Source: the human T2T-CHM13v2.0 reference genome, Homo sapiens
NCBI RefSeq assembly: GCF_009914755.1
Contig: NC_060939.1
Length of the DNA: 64,000 bases
Strand: one strand, 5' to 3'
Below the pieces are notes generated by a model, which made no database searches, had not been told where the DNA came from, and saw nothing but the letters and a program-made list of their open reading frames with translations. Of this stretch, positions 1-13,909 are shown in pieces (the stretch's first letter is position 1; each line of letters starts with the position of its first letter). The position numbers and the translations under genes are program-made.

Positions 1-132
1 TCTTTGGCTGTAAATTTATTGATCTTTAAAATAGGATGGTAGGACGTTGGACAAGATGATTTCTGGGGTCCTTTGCCCCATATTCTATGTTCATGATTTC
101 TTTTCCTTTGTAAGTATAATTATACACCCAAA

Positions 133-240
133 GTACCATGGATTATCAATTCTAAAATGCACAATTGTTTCACATCTTAACATCTAAGAACCCAGGATAT
201 AACTTACAATTAATGGTAATTTAGATTGCTGTGAAATACA
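133..240. mobile_element. Degraded TcMar-type MITE, MER104-like
   Basis: attctaaaatgcac...tttcacatcttaacatct...cttacaattaatgg...ttagatt...gaaatac resembles my recollection of the MER104 consensus. Confidence 0.4.
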
Positions 241-2324
241 ATATATAATTAAATGTGTGAGAGGTACTAATAAAAATACTACTTAATTACGAGTTTCTAC
301 AGGAAAAATTGAAAATTGCTGTCAAGATATTGACTGAAAACAAGCGTACATTTTTTGTAAGTTCAATGGAGATCATTAACATGGAAAAGAACCCATGAGT
401 TGCTAGGACAGTTGTCCCAGATGAGGGATTGATTTGGGTGTTCCTAAAGGTCCCTTTCAACCCTGAGATGCTATGAAACACTAACTTTATTCCAGTTATT
501 TGTTGTTTTGCACACTCATTCAGTAACTGAAGAGCATTTTGGAGAAAAAAAAAGGTAGTTTACGGGGATGACATAGTAATATTGTACCTATTAAATAATC
601 ATGTGTACATTTCCATTGGAGTGTTAAGTTATTGATATTCTGATTAACTGTTACTATAGCTATCATTCAATAATATTTTCAAAAATTAATAGCTATGTTT
701 GGACACTAAAACTGTGGTGAAAATAATTTCATATTCATTGATGGCTGAAAACGCCTTTTAGATTCTTGTAGAAGTTCAAGTCATTTGCTATGAACACAGT
801 GCCATATAACAAAAATATTCACTTGTGCTCTAGATAAATGGAACTTCCATGTTAAGTCTCAGTAATAGAGGAGATATTATTTTATTACAATTGCTAATGA
901 TTTGTTGTTGTTGAGTTTATAGGTAGAAAAAGAAGCCATTAGTTACTTTTGGGTAACTTGTTGCTTGATTTATCAAGACTTCTTTGTAATCATGATATAT
1001 TATCTATCATTAATCTTACTTGGCTGTTAGCATGACTGAGAATCGAAGTGATTTTGAACCTATCTCAGGAATGAGGCCCAGAGGTGTGGTTCAGGTGATC
1101 TTGGAGGAGCTGTTTAGAAAGCAATTCCCGATGCCAAAAGTTGGGATCAGTTATCCAAAGGGCTGTATTTGAAGGCTGGGTTTGATTTCTGGGTTTCCCT
1201 AATTTACAATAGAAATCTCGATTTATCACATGTGCCATGAATTTGTTACTCTGAAGGAATTAATCAAAATGTTCTTTCTATAAACATTTTTATTGATTCA
1301 TCATTTCTGAAATCATGCAATTTATGAGTTGGTCCTATTTTGGGTAATAGCAATTACTTATGAAAGCTGCTAGAGAGTTTCTGTCAAGTTTAATTAAACC
1401 TTTTCTACTGGAGACTTTTTCAAGAGTTTGTGAACTGTTGACTGTTGATACCATGTCCCAAATATTACTCATAAACTGGAATTTTTACCAGCAAAAATAA
1501 CTCAGAGGCATCAGTCTCCCAAATCTGGAAGCCAGTTGACTCCTTTTTGACAAATTCCGTATGTCTCTTTACTTCATTGCAACTTAGCATTTGGCCTTGT
1601 GTATTATTTACACGTGTGATTCACTTTTTTCTAACATGTTCTAAATACTTTTTTCAAGATGTTCAATCTACTTTTTATTACCCTCTTTTTGTAAATTTTA
1701 ATGATGTGAAAAGCAGCTAAGGACCAATGGAGAAGCTCAGAATAGCAATTTTTGTAGGAAGTCCTGATGAAGAGTTTATCAAGGGAGATTTTTAAGTCAG
1801 TTATGAAGCCTGAGGGAAAGCTAGAAGTTTAGGGAGACCTTTGATCATACAGTATTGGAAATGCAGGATACTGTTAGGGTAAGTGAAGGCTCAGGATAGG
1901 CAGAGGTAGCTATGGACCTAGATTGAGGGGAGATTTGTTCAATGGGATCTACATTGAGCTGGGCAGGATTTGGATTGATAAAGAAAGTAAGAGCAAGCCA
2001 GAGTGAGCCATGTTCCAAGGACAAGGAAGAGGAGTCTTTTCTGTTGCAGTGCTGGTTGGATGGCTCCAGCAGTGCCAGTTGATGGAGGTCTCGGTAATCA
2101 GGAGTCCCTGAAAAATATTGAGCAGAGGAAAATGTAATAAAAGCCATATTTTAAGAAAATTAATTTGGTGCCACTGGAAAGAATTGGAGGGAAGGGGTAA
2201 TGAAGAGGAAAACTGAGTGTTAGGAACACCAATTTCTATTATAATAATCAAGGAGCAAAGTGATGATTAAGACAATAACTAAGGTTACCAGAGTGGTGCC
2301 AGTGTTATGCCATTAATGACAACA

Positions 2325-2540
2325 ACTACCATTTATTGAATGTTTATGTGCCAGGCATTGTGCGAAATGCTTTACATAGATTATACTCTTTAATCATCAC
2401 AATAGCCTTATGAAAGAAGTACTTTAATCCCGTCTTACAGAAGAGAAAACTGAGATTTAGCAACATAAAAGTATTTCCCGTAAGTAAACAGTAGAGCCAA
2501 GATCTTGACCTACGCCATCTGATACCTGAGCCCATGCTAT
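2325..2540 (-). mobile_element. MIR SINE
   Basis: catttattgaatgtttatgtgccaggcattgtg...cttacagaagagaaaactgag MIR core pattern. Confidence 0.65.
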
Positions 2541-2688
2541 AAAAGAGGAGCATTAGAAATATTTGAAAGATAGAAATGAGAACTAGTCAATATTTATTTT
2601 GCTTAGCACTGTATTCAGTATTATGGCATCTTAAAGTAGTTAAGACTCAATATTTCATCAAAAAAGTTTAAAATCTAATCAGAGAATC

Positions 2689-2990
<302 letters not shown>

Positions 2991-3045
2991 ATCTAATCAG
3001 ATAATCAAGTCTTACAACAGTGAATTAATTCATGAACCAGACAGA

Positions 3046-3397
3046 TGTCATGGATTGGCTTCCCTGGGAAACAGACTTTGAGATTTGTCTGCAGGAGGTC
3101 TACTAGGGAGAGTGATCGAGAACAACACGTGAAGGGTAAGGGCTGCAAGAATGATCAGGTCCAACAGATAACTTAACATATCCTACAGAGAGTTCTGGAG
3201 CCACAATGACCTTTCAGAGTTGTCCCAATAGAAGCAATGGGACAGGGCCTTTATGCCCCTCCATCACCCAATCAGTGGATACCAGCTGCCCCCAGTGAGA
3301 ACCCTTGAGCAAAGCAGTCCTATGTGGGGGATTCAGCTCTGAGTCTCCAGCCTCAGTCCTGAAAGGAATCCGGACTGCATACCACAGCATCCACAAC
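3046..3397 (-). mobile_element. ERVL solo LTR, LTR16-like
   Basis: Ends gcctcagtcctgaaagg...cataccacagcatccacaaca, the reverse of the LTR16-type start tgtagtggatgctgtggt. Confidence 0.55.
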
Positions 3398-4033
3398 AAC
3401 AAAATAGATGAACATGTTATATATTTGAATTATTTAATCTTCAATTTGTAAACACTTTAAATCACATTTTTGGGGAATACTTTCCTGTAAAAGTAGTTTT
3501 TGGTGGGGAGGAAATGTCCAATAAATCTGCCAGTATATTTCTTTGCCATGGAGTGACAGCCTTAGTTCTTGATGAAAGTAATCAATATGGAAGGCATTTT
3601 GTGTGTGGCTTAATTGAAACCCTGTGTTTTGGACTCATTTGGTGTTAATGTGTAAATCCAATCCTGTTTTCACACCTGCCCTCTTTTTTTTATGATGCCT
3701 TGTTCAAGTGGAAGTCTAGTCTGGCTTTTTGCTTCAGTCTAAAGAAGGCCATGGACTGTTGTCATTGGCCAGGAATCCAACTCATATGGTGGCATGAAGT
3801 CATCCTTCAAGCCCAGCAAAAAGACCCTGTCAGCCTTGCCTGCAGAGAAAGCCATGTGAAAGATGTCCTGTGCTAGGATCATCTGGTGAACAATCCATTA
3901 TACTGTCATTGATCTTGACAGATATTGGGCATACATGTACACCTGGACTTCACCTCCTAAAGAATCTGATTCCTGGTGGCTGGGATGGGATCCAGGCATA
4001 CTTATTTTTTTCTAGTGGGCCAGTGAAGAGCTT

Positions 4034-4351
4034 GTTTTGTTGTTGTTTTGTTTGTTTGTTTGTTTGTTTGAGATGGAGTCTTGCTCTGTTTCCCAGGCTG
4101 GAGTACAGTGGTGCCATCTTAGCTCACTGCACCCTTTGCCTCCAGGTTCAAGTGATTCTCCTGCCTCAGCCTCCCAAGTAGCCAGGACTGCAGATATGCA
4201 CTACCACCCCCCGGCTAATTTTTGTATTTTTAGTAGAGATGGGGTTTCACCATGTTGGCCTGGCTAGTCTTGAACTCCTGACCTCAGGTGATCCACCCGC
4301 CTTGGCCTCCCAAAGTGCTGGGATTACAGGTGTGAGCCACCAGCCACAGCC
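4034..4351 (-). mobile_element. AluS (Sx-like), antisense, with (TTTG)n tail
   Basis: Full Alu body; TSD tgggccagtgaaga(g/c)ctt at 4016-4033 and 4352-4369. Confidence 0.95.
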
Positions 4352-5026
4352 TGGGCCAGTGAAGACCTTTGATAAATCCGTCTATTCTACAGGGTTCTTG
4401 GAGATGAGATTGCCTGTTGAGTATATTGGGGGCTCTTCAAGAGACTAAATCTCAAAGAAAGAGCTTCTTGAGGAACTGAGGAGTACCATGTAGAAATGAG
4501 AAAGAAGGTGAGGAGAAGTTTGAAAAATTCTGCACTCAAATAAAAGAGAAAAACAGGAGGACAAAGGACAGAGTTGGGTACTAGAGACTATGATAAATCT
4601 CTAAGATTCTTAGGTCTTCTTGGTTACTGTCATTCCCATATCCATTACTCTTAGATGAAAGTGGTCCTTGTGTTTATCTTGACAAATAGCAAATAAGTGG
4701 GACCATGCAAACAAGCATTGGTCTCTTTTATGCATTCATGCAATAAGTATTAATTAGCAGTAACTATATTCCAAGCACTGTGCTCAATGCTAGGAGTGCA
4801 GGATGAGGAAAATTTAGTCTGCTCAGGGAGCTCACAATTCCAGGGTGGAGGGGGTGGAGACTAAGAGGTGATAGATTGCTAAGGTAGAGAGGGGCACAGC
4901 AGCTGGGATAGCACAGACTGGCAGTCCATAATCCTGTTTAGAGAGTCACGGAAGACTTCCTGGAGGACTCTGCAGGATTAGAAATGGGTAAATCAAATAT
5001 GGTTTTGTCCTTCAAAATTGTGGCAC

Positions 5027-6130
5027 ATCTCTCCAGTTATTTAGATCTTCTTTTATGTCCTTTTAGAGGATTTTTATACATTTTTCTACAAAGATCTTAT
5101 ACAGTGTTTGTGAGCTTAATTTCTAAGTAATTCATAATGTTTGGTGCTATTGTGAAGAGTATGTTATTTTGCATTCTTTTTGTGGTTGGTTATTGTTGGT
5201 TATAGAGACGTACAATTTATGGTATCTTGTAACTTGCAATCTTTTGGTACTCTCTAATTCTCAGAGTTGTTGGATTTTATTCGGTTTTCTAAGTAAGAAA
5301 AACAACATCTGCAAACAATGGCAACCTTTTCTCATGTTTTCCAGCACTAATACTTCTTATTTCCTTCCTGTGTGTTATTGCACTTATATCTTATTGAACA
5401 ACATGGTGACTGTGGGCATCTTTGTCTTCTTCCAGACCCTCAGTGGAATGTGTATTAAATTTTCTCTTTTGAGAGTGGTGGTTTCTGTGGAGGTAGGTTC
5501 TGGTAGAAACCATTTTCAGATTCATAATGTGCCCTTCTGTGTCTAAGTTTTTCTAAGAATTTTTACACTAAATATGCATTGAACTTTAACAGATTTTTAA
5601 AGCATCAAAAGATGCTTTATTTAAATTGCATCTTTTGAGATTCCCATATGATTTTTCTTCTGTAGTACCAATGATGGAATGAATTACATTTAGAGATTTT
5701 ATCCGATTTTGTACTATCCTTACCTTCTGTGATAAAAATCATCTGATTATAACGCATTACCACATTAACATACCACTGGATTTCATTATCTAGTGTTTTA
5801 CTCAAGATCATGACATTTCAAAATAGGTAGCATTGACGTGTTATTTTCTGTGCTTTCACTGTTCTTATCTAGCTCTGGAATCAAGGACATACTATGTCAT
5901 TAAATGAGACGGGCAGCTTTCCTTCTTTTTCTGTACTCAGAAACAACTTGTAAAGTGGGAATTATCTGCTCCTTGAATGTTTGATAGAACTTACCCATAA
6001 AACTGTCTACGTCTAATATTTGAGGAAGGGAGGTAGGACATAGGAAGATTCTCTGTTATATGAATTTAGTCCATGGAGATTTGTCTGTATACATTTTCTG
6101 TTTCTTTTGTGTTGGTTTTGACACTCTTTT
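5027..6130 (-). mobile_element. Old L1M ORF2-region fragment
   Basis: T-rich degenerate antisense L1 motifs (catctgcaaac, gggcatctttgtctt, tttgatagaacttacccataaaac). Confidence 0.6.
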
Positions 6131-7043
6131 TTTTTTAGGTGTTCATGGAAGAAAAGGAACATGTCCTGAGGTTACAGAAAGGGAAAGGAGAGCTATCCCA
6201 TTGCTGGGCAGAGGACTGTCAGAATAGATGTCTGTGTGAAGGGGAGTTAAATGTTCCTTCTCTGATCAGTGTGTTCTATTCATCCATCCTAAGGAGGGAA
6301 CCTCAAGAGGAAGATGTTCAGCTCATATGGGTTTGTGTAGTATGTCACCTCTCCGACATCTTCATCTGTGACAGGGCCAGTAGGGCTGAATCATGGCATT
6401 GGCTTTTGATCAGTGACTTGAGCCCCAGGCATCAAAGGGCCAGTGCTACTGAAATGACTTTCCTCAGAGAATCTGAGCTTGCACAAGCTCAGGCCGTACC
6501 ACAACACCATTGGCTGTAAATGGCAGCCCCTTCACTAGATGAGAAGTAGGTTTAGCTTTTAGAAGGACACATGGGTATCAAATAACCAGTTACTTGCCTT
6601 CAGAGGAGTTTGACCAAGGTTATAGGGGTCCAGAAATCTCATATGAGGACCGCCTGTTGGATCTGAGCTGGAAATGACAGTAGGGGAAAAATATTTCTCT
6701 TCTTATAAATTAAGAATCCCCATGGAATGAGAATTACAGATTATTTTCAGGGTATTGTACAATAGGGCAGAGGAGAGGAAGATTTTGGTTCAGAGTAAGG
6801 AGAGATTTTTTCCAGTTGAGCTGTGAGTCATTTGTCACTGAAGAGTTTAATTATATGGTGGTTTAAAGCAGAGCATCTCCTGGGTCAAGGCAGAAATTTG
6901 GTTTTCACAATGAACAGGAACTTCATGTGGGGGTTACCAGCAGACTATGTTTTCAGGAAGACAAAGCTTTAGAAAGGTTCACATATGGACAACCTGATAA
7001 ACGTTCGCTGGGCCCTTCCATATTCCAGCTAAGCATTCTCTTA

Positions 7044-7358
7044 CCCTTAGGTAAGTGGCAGAGTTTGGGTGCCCCAGAGTCATGGGCACACAGTAGGATC
7101 ACCTGGGAAACATTCAACAAGTTATCATGGCCAGGCCTGTGCCAGCCCAAGTCAGTCAGAGTCCTGTGGGTAAGGCCTGGGCATCGGTAGCTTTTCAAAG
7201 CCTTCAAAGTGATTCTAGGATACACTCAGGGTTGAAAAGGAGAGAGCTTTGAAAGGAGGGAGGATTCCATTGACAGAGGAGCAGAAGCCTTGGATCATCT
7301 TAATTTCATTAACAAGGGGGTAAAAAAGGAAAGGCTGAGAATGACACACAGCCTTACT
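7044..7358 (+). repeat. Local direct repeat, copy 1 (contains a degraded MER5-like piece)
   Basis: Aligns by eye to 10154-10477 at offset 3110. Confidence 0.95.
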
Positions 7359-7557
7359 TGAAACCTTCTTAACTGGATAGTTTTATGTTCACACTTCCTC
7401 ATGTTTCATAGCAACCCTATGCATTATTTATTCTCATATTAAATATGAAGACACCAGAGATCAGAGAAATTAACTTATCCAAGGTGGCGCAGCAATCAAG
7501 GAGCAGAACGGGAATTTGAAGCAAGGTGCACCAGGTCTCAGCCCATTTGGCAGAGAC

Positions 7558-7724
7558 CAGGGCTGCTCACCCTTTGGGACGCATACACGAGTCCCCTTGG
7601 GATCTGGTTAAAATGCAGATTCCTCTTCAGGAGGTTTAGGGTGAAGCCTGAGGTTCTGCATTTTTAACAACTCCCAGGCAATGTTGATGCTGTTAGTTTG
7701 CAGGTGACACTTTGCGTAACAAGG
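7558..7724. mobile_element. MER5A-like hAT-Charlie element
   Basis: gttaaaatgcagattcc...ctgcatttttaacaactcccagg...cacactttg-type motifs. Confidence 0.7.
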
Positions 7725-9830
7725 GTGTCAATACACTTTGAGAATCGAATCTTGATCTTGATGGAGACGTTCAAGAGTCTTTGATTACAGATGAATTTGG
7801 TGACTCTTCCCCAGGTGAGAAAACAGAAAATCCATGCAAGTTTGGGAAGCCCCCACCTTGACTCACAACTGCTGCTTGTCCTGCTGAGGCACCAGCCAGG
7901 CATCCCCGGGAAACGGGCAGAATGAGGCTGGCAGTGACAGAAATATGGTTGGTCATCCAGCCATCTAACTAATATTTATTGAGTGCCTATGGTGAGCTGG
8001 AGACTGTTCTAGACACTTGCGATGCGAAGATAAACAAGGCAGTTTTATAATCTAGTGGTGTGTGTCTAAAGCAAAACAGTTATCACGGGGTTTGGTTACG
8101 TTTGTAACTTACCAGACCCTTGAAACACCCTGACTTTTCTCACTCTGTCAGCCTCTACATCCAATCTGTCACCGGGTTGGCTCAATCTGAATAAACAATG
8201 TAGTGGAACGGCCAGAAAACTCATGGGGGCTCCCTCTGCATGAACAGCAGCATACTGAACTGGCAGTAGAGACCCGCACTGTCTGCCCAGTAAGGCTGAA
8301 GCTGGACAACTGACAGCCTTCAGGTCTCCCAGCCTTATCTTAATGTGGATTGCAACAAACTGGGCCTCATCTAGGGGGCAGGGCGGCCAGACAGTAGAGG
8401 AGACCCAAACCCTTTTGCATCAAGCACTGTTGAGAGACCTGGCAGTGTTGACCCTGCTTCAAGACAGAAGAGCCAGTGGGACCCTGAGGGCCTTTCCGCA
8501 GCTGCTGGGCCTCCGTGTTCCCTGTGTCTTTCAGGCCACACTCAGATATCACCCGCCCTAACTATCCCAGCTAAAGCGTCCTCCTCAGTCACTCTCCATC
8601 ACATTTTCCATTTGTAGTTTCTTGAGAACTCAGCTCTAGAGGATGTGACACATAAAGAGATGCTCAGGCCCCCTAGTTGTTCTTTTGTGATGTTGGGTAG
8701 ACTTGCCTCTTCTACCTCCCCACACCCCACTCCACATCCCATACCTACATTGTTGCCTCAGCCTCCCTGTAAGCTTCTCTTTGTTTATTTACCTCCCTTG
8801 CCCCCATCCCAAATCAAATCCATCCTATATGTAGCTGATAGCCCTGCTTTTCTATACTTTTTTCTCATTTGGGATGCGTGGATTGCAACCTCAGCTCTCA
8901 GGAGCCTATTTCCGCGGGTTACTCTGGCTGTAAGGTAGTGATGGCTTGGCTCTGGAACCCTTGGAGGCGCCTTTGTACCCGCAAGCCACGTGGCCAGGCC
9001 CTTGTGTGCTCAGAGAGGGGCCTCTGTCTCTCTTGGCCGGCTTTGCTCCTCCTGTCTCTAGTTGGAATCTCTTGACATTTTCCACTTTCCAAGCATCAAA
9101 CTTATGTCTTTGTAAGCTGGCTCTCAATCATGTTCTTTCTTTTTTAAAATTTGTTGCTATCTAACTACACTCTAAAGTTCCCCAGTAAAAAAAGAAAACA
9201 AACAGACAAAAAACAGAAAATTCTCCTTTAATCAATGCTTGCTGTCTTAACTGGTGCTTCAGACAAGCACTTCTTAGGCAAATGGATGACCACATGGCTA
9301 TTCCAGGGAGGGGAAGCGGGGATGCTAAATTGGCACAGAGCTCTGCTCTGTCTCGTCACGGCACTGCCTTTGATCTTTAATTTGAGCCATTCTAGGCAGG
9401 GCTCAGTATACTCTGAAAACACACTTTGTGATTAAAAAATGTGCAGTACATCAGCCAAAACATTTGTTTATATTTTACCCCCAATTTTGGGGTTTCTTGT
9501 CATGCTTTCCTCAAAAACTTTCTTTATATAATTAAAGAGGTGTGAGTGCTCTGAGCATGACTGTGCAATAGAATACAAAGCACAGTTCCCTTCTCTGAAG
9601 ACAGAGAAAGGTTTTTCCCCATCTATTCAAGCATGAAGTCTGTAAGGATATGGCACAGCGACCTTCACTGCATTGTTTCTGGAATGGTAATGACAGTCTG
9701 GGCTGTCCAGGAAAGAGCGAGCTTCACAAAGACTAAGGCCCTTCCAGGAGGGTCTCTCCCAGCTCTGGGGATCCCCTCAGAGACACATGGGTGTTTGAAT
9801 GCACCAGTGTGTGTCTCTGGTTCTGTGAGA

Positions 9831-10130
9831 GCAGGGTTTTTCAACAGCAGCACTATTCACATTTCAGACCAATAATTCTACAGTGCACAGGATGGCTCCT
9901 CACGGCAAAGGTTTCTCCACTCCAGCTCTATCCACATTTGGCCCTGAAGGTTCTTTGCGGTGGGGGCTGTCCTGTGCATTGTAGGATGTTTAGCAATACC
10001 TGTGGCCTCTCCCCACCAGATGCCATCATGCTCTCCTCCCCAACCACCAACTGGACAATCAAAAACACCCGCAGACATTTCCCAGTGTCTCCTGGGGAGG
10101 GCAAGATCTCCCCGCAGTTGAGTACTCTGC
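9831..10130. mobile_element. MER20 with a rearranged (duplicated and inverted) end
   Basis: gggggctgtcctgtgcattgtaggatgtttagca...ccaccagatgcca...cagacattt MER20 body, preceded by a second terminus and an inverted segment. Confidence 0.8.
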
Positions 10131-10153
10131 ATTGGATGGCTTGGAAAAGGATC

Positions 10154-10477
10154 CCCCTAGGTAAGAGGCACAGTCTGGGTGCCCCAGAGTCATGGGCACA
10201 CAGTAGGATCACCTGGGAAACATTCAACAAGTTGTCATGGCCAGGCCTGTGCCAGCCCAAGTCATGCAGAGTCCTGTGGGTAAGGCCTGGGCATCAGTAG
10301 CTTTTCAAAGCCTTCAAAGTGATTCTAGGATACACTCAGGGTTGAAAAGGAGAGAGCTTTGAAAGGAGGGAGGATTTCATGACCTCCATTGACAGAGGAG
10401 CAGAGGCCTTGAATCATCTTAATTTCATTAACAAGAGGGTGAAAAAGGAAAGGCCGAGAATGACAAACACCCTCACT
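10154..10477 (+). repeat. Local direct repeat, copy 2
   Basis: Aligns to 7044-7358; carries 9 extra nt (ttcatgacc). Confidence 0.95.
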
Positions 10478-10959
10478 AAGTCTCTGTGTTTGCTCTTTTT
10501 GTCGTCTTTAGTGGTTAGTAGAACTCTTAAAATGAAGAAGGCCTGTGCTCTTTTCTTCTGGGGTAGCTGGAAGGGAAGAGCTGGGGAGATCAGGTAGCAC
10601 CTCACAGCTAGGCTTGAAAGAGGAACCCTAAATGAGTAGGATGTATCTTAGAGATTTTGAAAAGGAAAAGTATGCTGAGTCTTTGAGGCCTCAGAGAAAG
10701 AGGCCGAAATAGCCCAGGAGGGCTTAGCCATCAGTCCTTGGCTACGCGGTTCCAGTCAACTGAGGGTAAGAAATTTGCTTCTGCAGTGTTGGCTGGGGTC
10801 TTGTGATGTCCCACCATTTTCCTCTAGGATACATAAGTCCCAGACCAAAAGGAGAAGAAAAACAATGGGTGCTGTAGTGTCAGGTGTCTCTGGGTTTCGG
10901 TTCAGGGAACTATCACTCCGTCCAATATCCCAAGCTACAAAACCTCCTGTAGCACGGAA

Positions 10960-11190
10960 ATTAGGAGCATGGGCTTTGGAGTCACTACAGTTGTGTTTAG
11001 TTCTCAGCTTTGTGTCTTACTAGCCGAGATATCTTAAAGAACTAAGCTACTTGACCTGCCTGAGCCTCGGTTTTCCCATCTGTAAAATGGGAAATATAAT
11101 AATCATACCTATCTTATAGAGCTGGCAGAAAAAGTGAATGAGATAATCCATGAAAAGCATTGAGTCCAGTGCTCACTAATTATTAACTAC
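10960..11190 (+). mobile_element. MIR SINE
   Basis: cttgacctgcctgagcctcggttttcccatctgtaaaatggg core. Confidence 0.75.
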
Positions 11191-11330
11191 TATCATTAGT
11201 TCTTGTTATTTGGCCCAACATTCAAGAAGTCCTGTTTCCTTCTCTTCCTTGGAAATGTATTTTGAAAATCTGACCCCTTCTTCCCATCTCTGTTGGCGTT
11301 GCCTGAGTTCTGTACCACCAGTCACCCTTG

Positions 11331-11387
11331 GGGTTGAAAAGGAGAGACCTTTAAAGGAGGGATGATTCCGTGTCCCCTCCTGATGAC
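11331..11387 (+). repeat. Third, partial and more diverged copy of the local repeat
   Basis: gggttgaaaaggagagacctttaaaggagggatgattcc versus gggttgaaaaggagagagctttgaaaggagggaggattcc. Confidence 0.8.
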
Positions 11388-12263
11388 TGTATGACCCCTC
11401 CTTGATCTGCCACCCAGTTGACCTCTCTCCAGGTGTTACCGGGTCATGTAACTCTTGATTCAAATTTCCAGGGATTGTTTGCAACCAACAGGCTGAAAGC
11501 CAAAAGCCCTATGGCCAGAACCTACTTCTTTGGCCACTCTGTGGTCCTCCAGCATGTTGGAATTGTTAGTTTGGGTTCCCATGACCAGAGAGTGTTGACT
11601 GGCTTTTCTTGCTTATGTTTTAAATGTCTGTATGTTTTCAAGTCACTCTAAGTGTTGGTGGAGTGAACTCCCCTAACCCACAGTTTATATGTCTTGGACT
11701 GAAGTGTTGCACATTTTTGTGTGTGATGTTTTAAATATAAAATTTTGTTTTCCCAGCAACTGCTGTAAGTGATTTGGAAACATTGCCTGGTCCTGATTAA
11801 CTTCTTTTCTGCATCTCATGTAGGGTCTTGTTTATTTACATTAATAAGAAGACTACACAAACAGCTTACATGTGAAATTTTCTCTTGAGGACACAGAGGC
11901 TGACGATAAAGGCTAATTCGTGAGTGAGAGGAAGTTGAAATCTAAGTTCTTTCAGCTCTTGTCTGAGCCTATTGCTGTAACAAGTCTCCTAATCAACAGA
12001 CCTTGTTAAAGGCAGTTATTTTATTACAGGCCTCCCAAGTTTGGCAGCTTACCCGACAGCTTGCCTTTTTTCAGGAGGCAGGACATCAAGGTGAGGCAAG
12101 AAAGAAAACAGGACAAAAAGGAAGGCATTTAGGCAAGGCAAAGTTGGTCTCTTCAGGTTCTTGTTGTAAGTCAACCCCCATCTATTGTGTGTATAAATGA
12201 TCAGCCCCACCTGTGAGAAAGATACCACAGAGGCTGAAGACAGGTCTAACTGGGGGAATATAG

Positions 12264-12612
<349 letters not shown>

Positions 12613-12942
12613 GAAAGCAGTATTTCTTTTGAAGGGACAAATTTGGATTCCTTGAAACATACAGCTCAAATGGATATTTGTATAAATTATTAATATTTGT
12701 CTTTCAGTTCATTTAGTTTCCTGCTGGGTTATGATTATCAAAAATTGTAAACTTGTCTATTTCCCTCTGCTAGACTGGCAGTTAAATAACAGGAAAGTCA
12801 GAGTAGCAGAATGGATATGGGCATGGGATTTAACAACAGATAAGCCTGGTCTAGTCCAATGTCCACTGCTTACCAGACTCCCAGCTTGGTTTATGCCCTT
12901 CCACAAAAAATTAGCTCCATCATCTGTGAAATGAAAGAATCT

Positions 12943-13255
12943 GGCTGGGCACGGTGGCTCATGCCTGTAATCCCAGTACTTTGGGAGGCCAAGGCAGGCG
13001 GATCACCTGAGATCAGGAGTTCTAGATCAGCCTGGCCAACATGGTGAAACCCCATCTCTACTAAAAATACAAAAATTAGCAGGGCGTGGCAGTGGACGCC
13101 TGTGATTCCAGGGACTTGGGACACTGAGGCAGGAGAATGGCTTGAACCCAGGAGGAGGAGGTTTCAGTGAGCCGAGATCGCACCATTGCACTCCAGCCTG
13201 GGCAACAAGAGTGAAACTCCGTTTCAAAAAAAAAAGAAAAAGAAAAAGAAAAAGA
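12943..13255 (+). mobile_element. AluS inserted into a MIR
   Basis: Full Alu with (GAAAAA)n tail; TSD gaaagaatc; MIR halves on both sides. Confidence 0.95.
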
Positions 13256-13909
13256 AAGAATCCTAGTAGCCACCTCACTGGGTTGCGTGAGGATTAGGTG
13301 GGATTGCATAAGTAAAGCAGTTAGCAGAGTACTTGGTATAGTCAACCCATGGCAGCCACTACAGTGACAGGGAGGATGGTTTTTTAAGTTCCTTGGGAAC
13401 ACCAGTCTTGTATCTGCATCACCAGCTTCTAGCTCAGTATCTGGGAATGAGAGTGTCGGAAATGAATACATGAAAATCCCAGTCTTTGCCATCTTTAGAA
13501 TGAGTATTTAGGTAAGCACAAGCACATCTGCGTCCCAATGCCATGTCCACTTTGGCTGCAGCTGGACAAGTAATATTCTTAAATCCCCATAAGATTTAGG
13601 AAAAGGGATCTTCCCCAGGGCATCAGTCACACAGGGAATTTGAACAGAGAGCAGTGGCTGGGGGACTGTCTCATTGAGGGAATGGGTGGGAAGAACAAGG
13701 TAAAGAAAGGTCGGTCAGAAATGAGAGAGTAAGATCTCCTCGGAGGTCAAGGGAGGAAGTTCTCAAGGGAGATATGCTGCTCCACGGTGGCAGCAAGTTC
13801 AAAGAGAAGGTCATTCCATGTACGCCTTACGCATACCTATGTGGAGTCACTCATTTGGACACCCAGTCTTATTAGAGTTGCATCGTGCCATACATTCATT
13901 TTTCTCTAT

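Noticed and set aside
6120-6519. Strong-looking acceptor (poly-T followed by AG at 6137-6138) and a 126-aa ORF
   Set aside because: No recognisable homology and no good donor nearby; the T-tract comes from an old L1 edge.
8367-8381. CTCF-like catctagggggcag
   Set aside because: Lacks the conserved CC at the 5' end of the core; not supportable without ChIP data.
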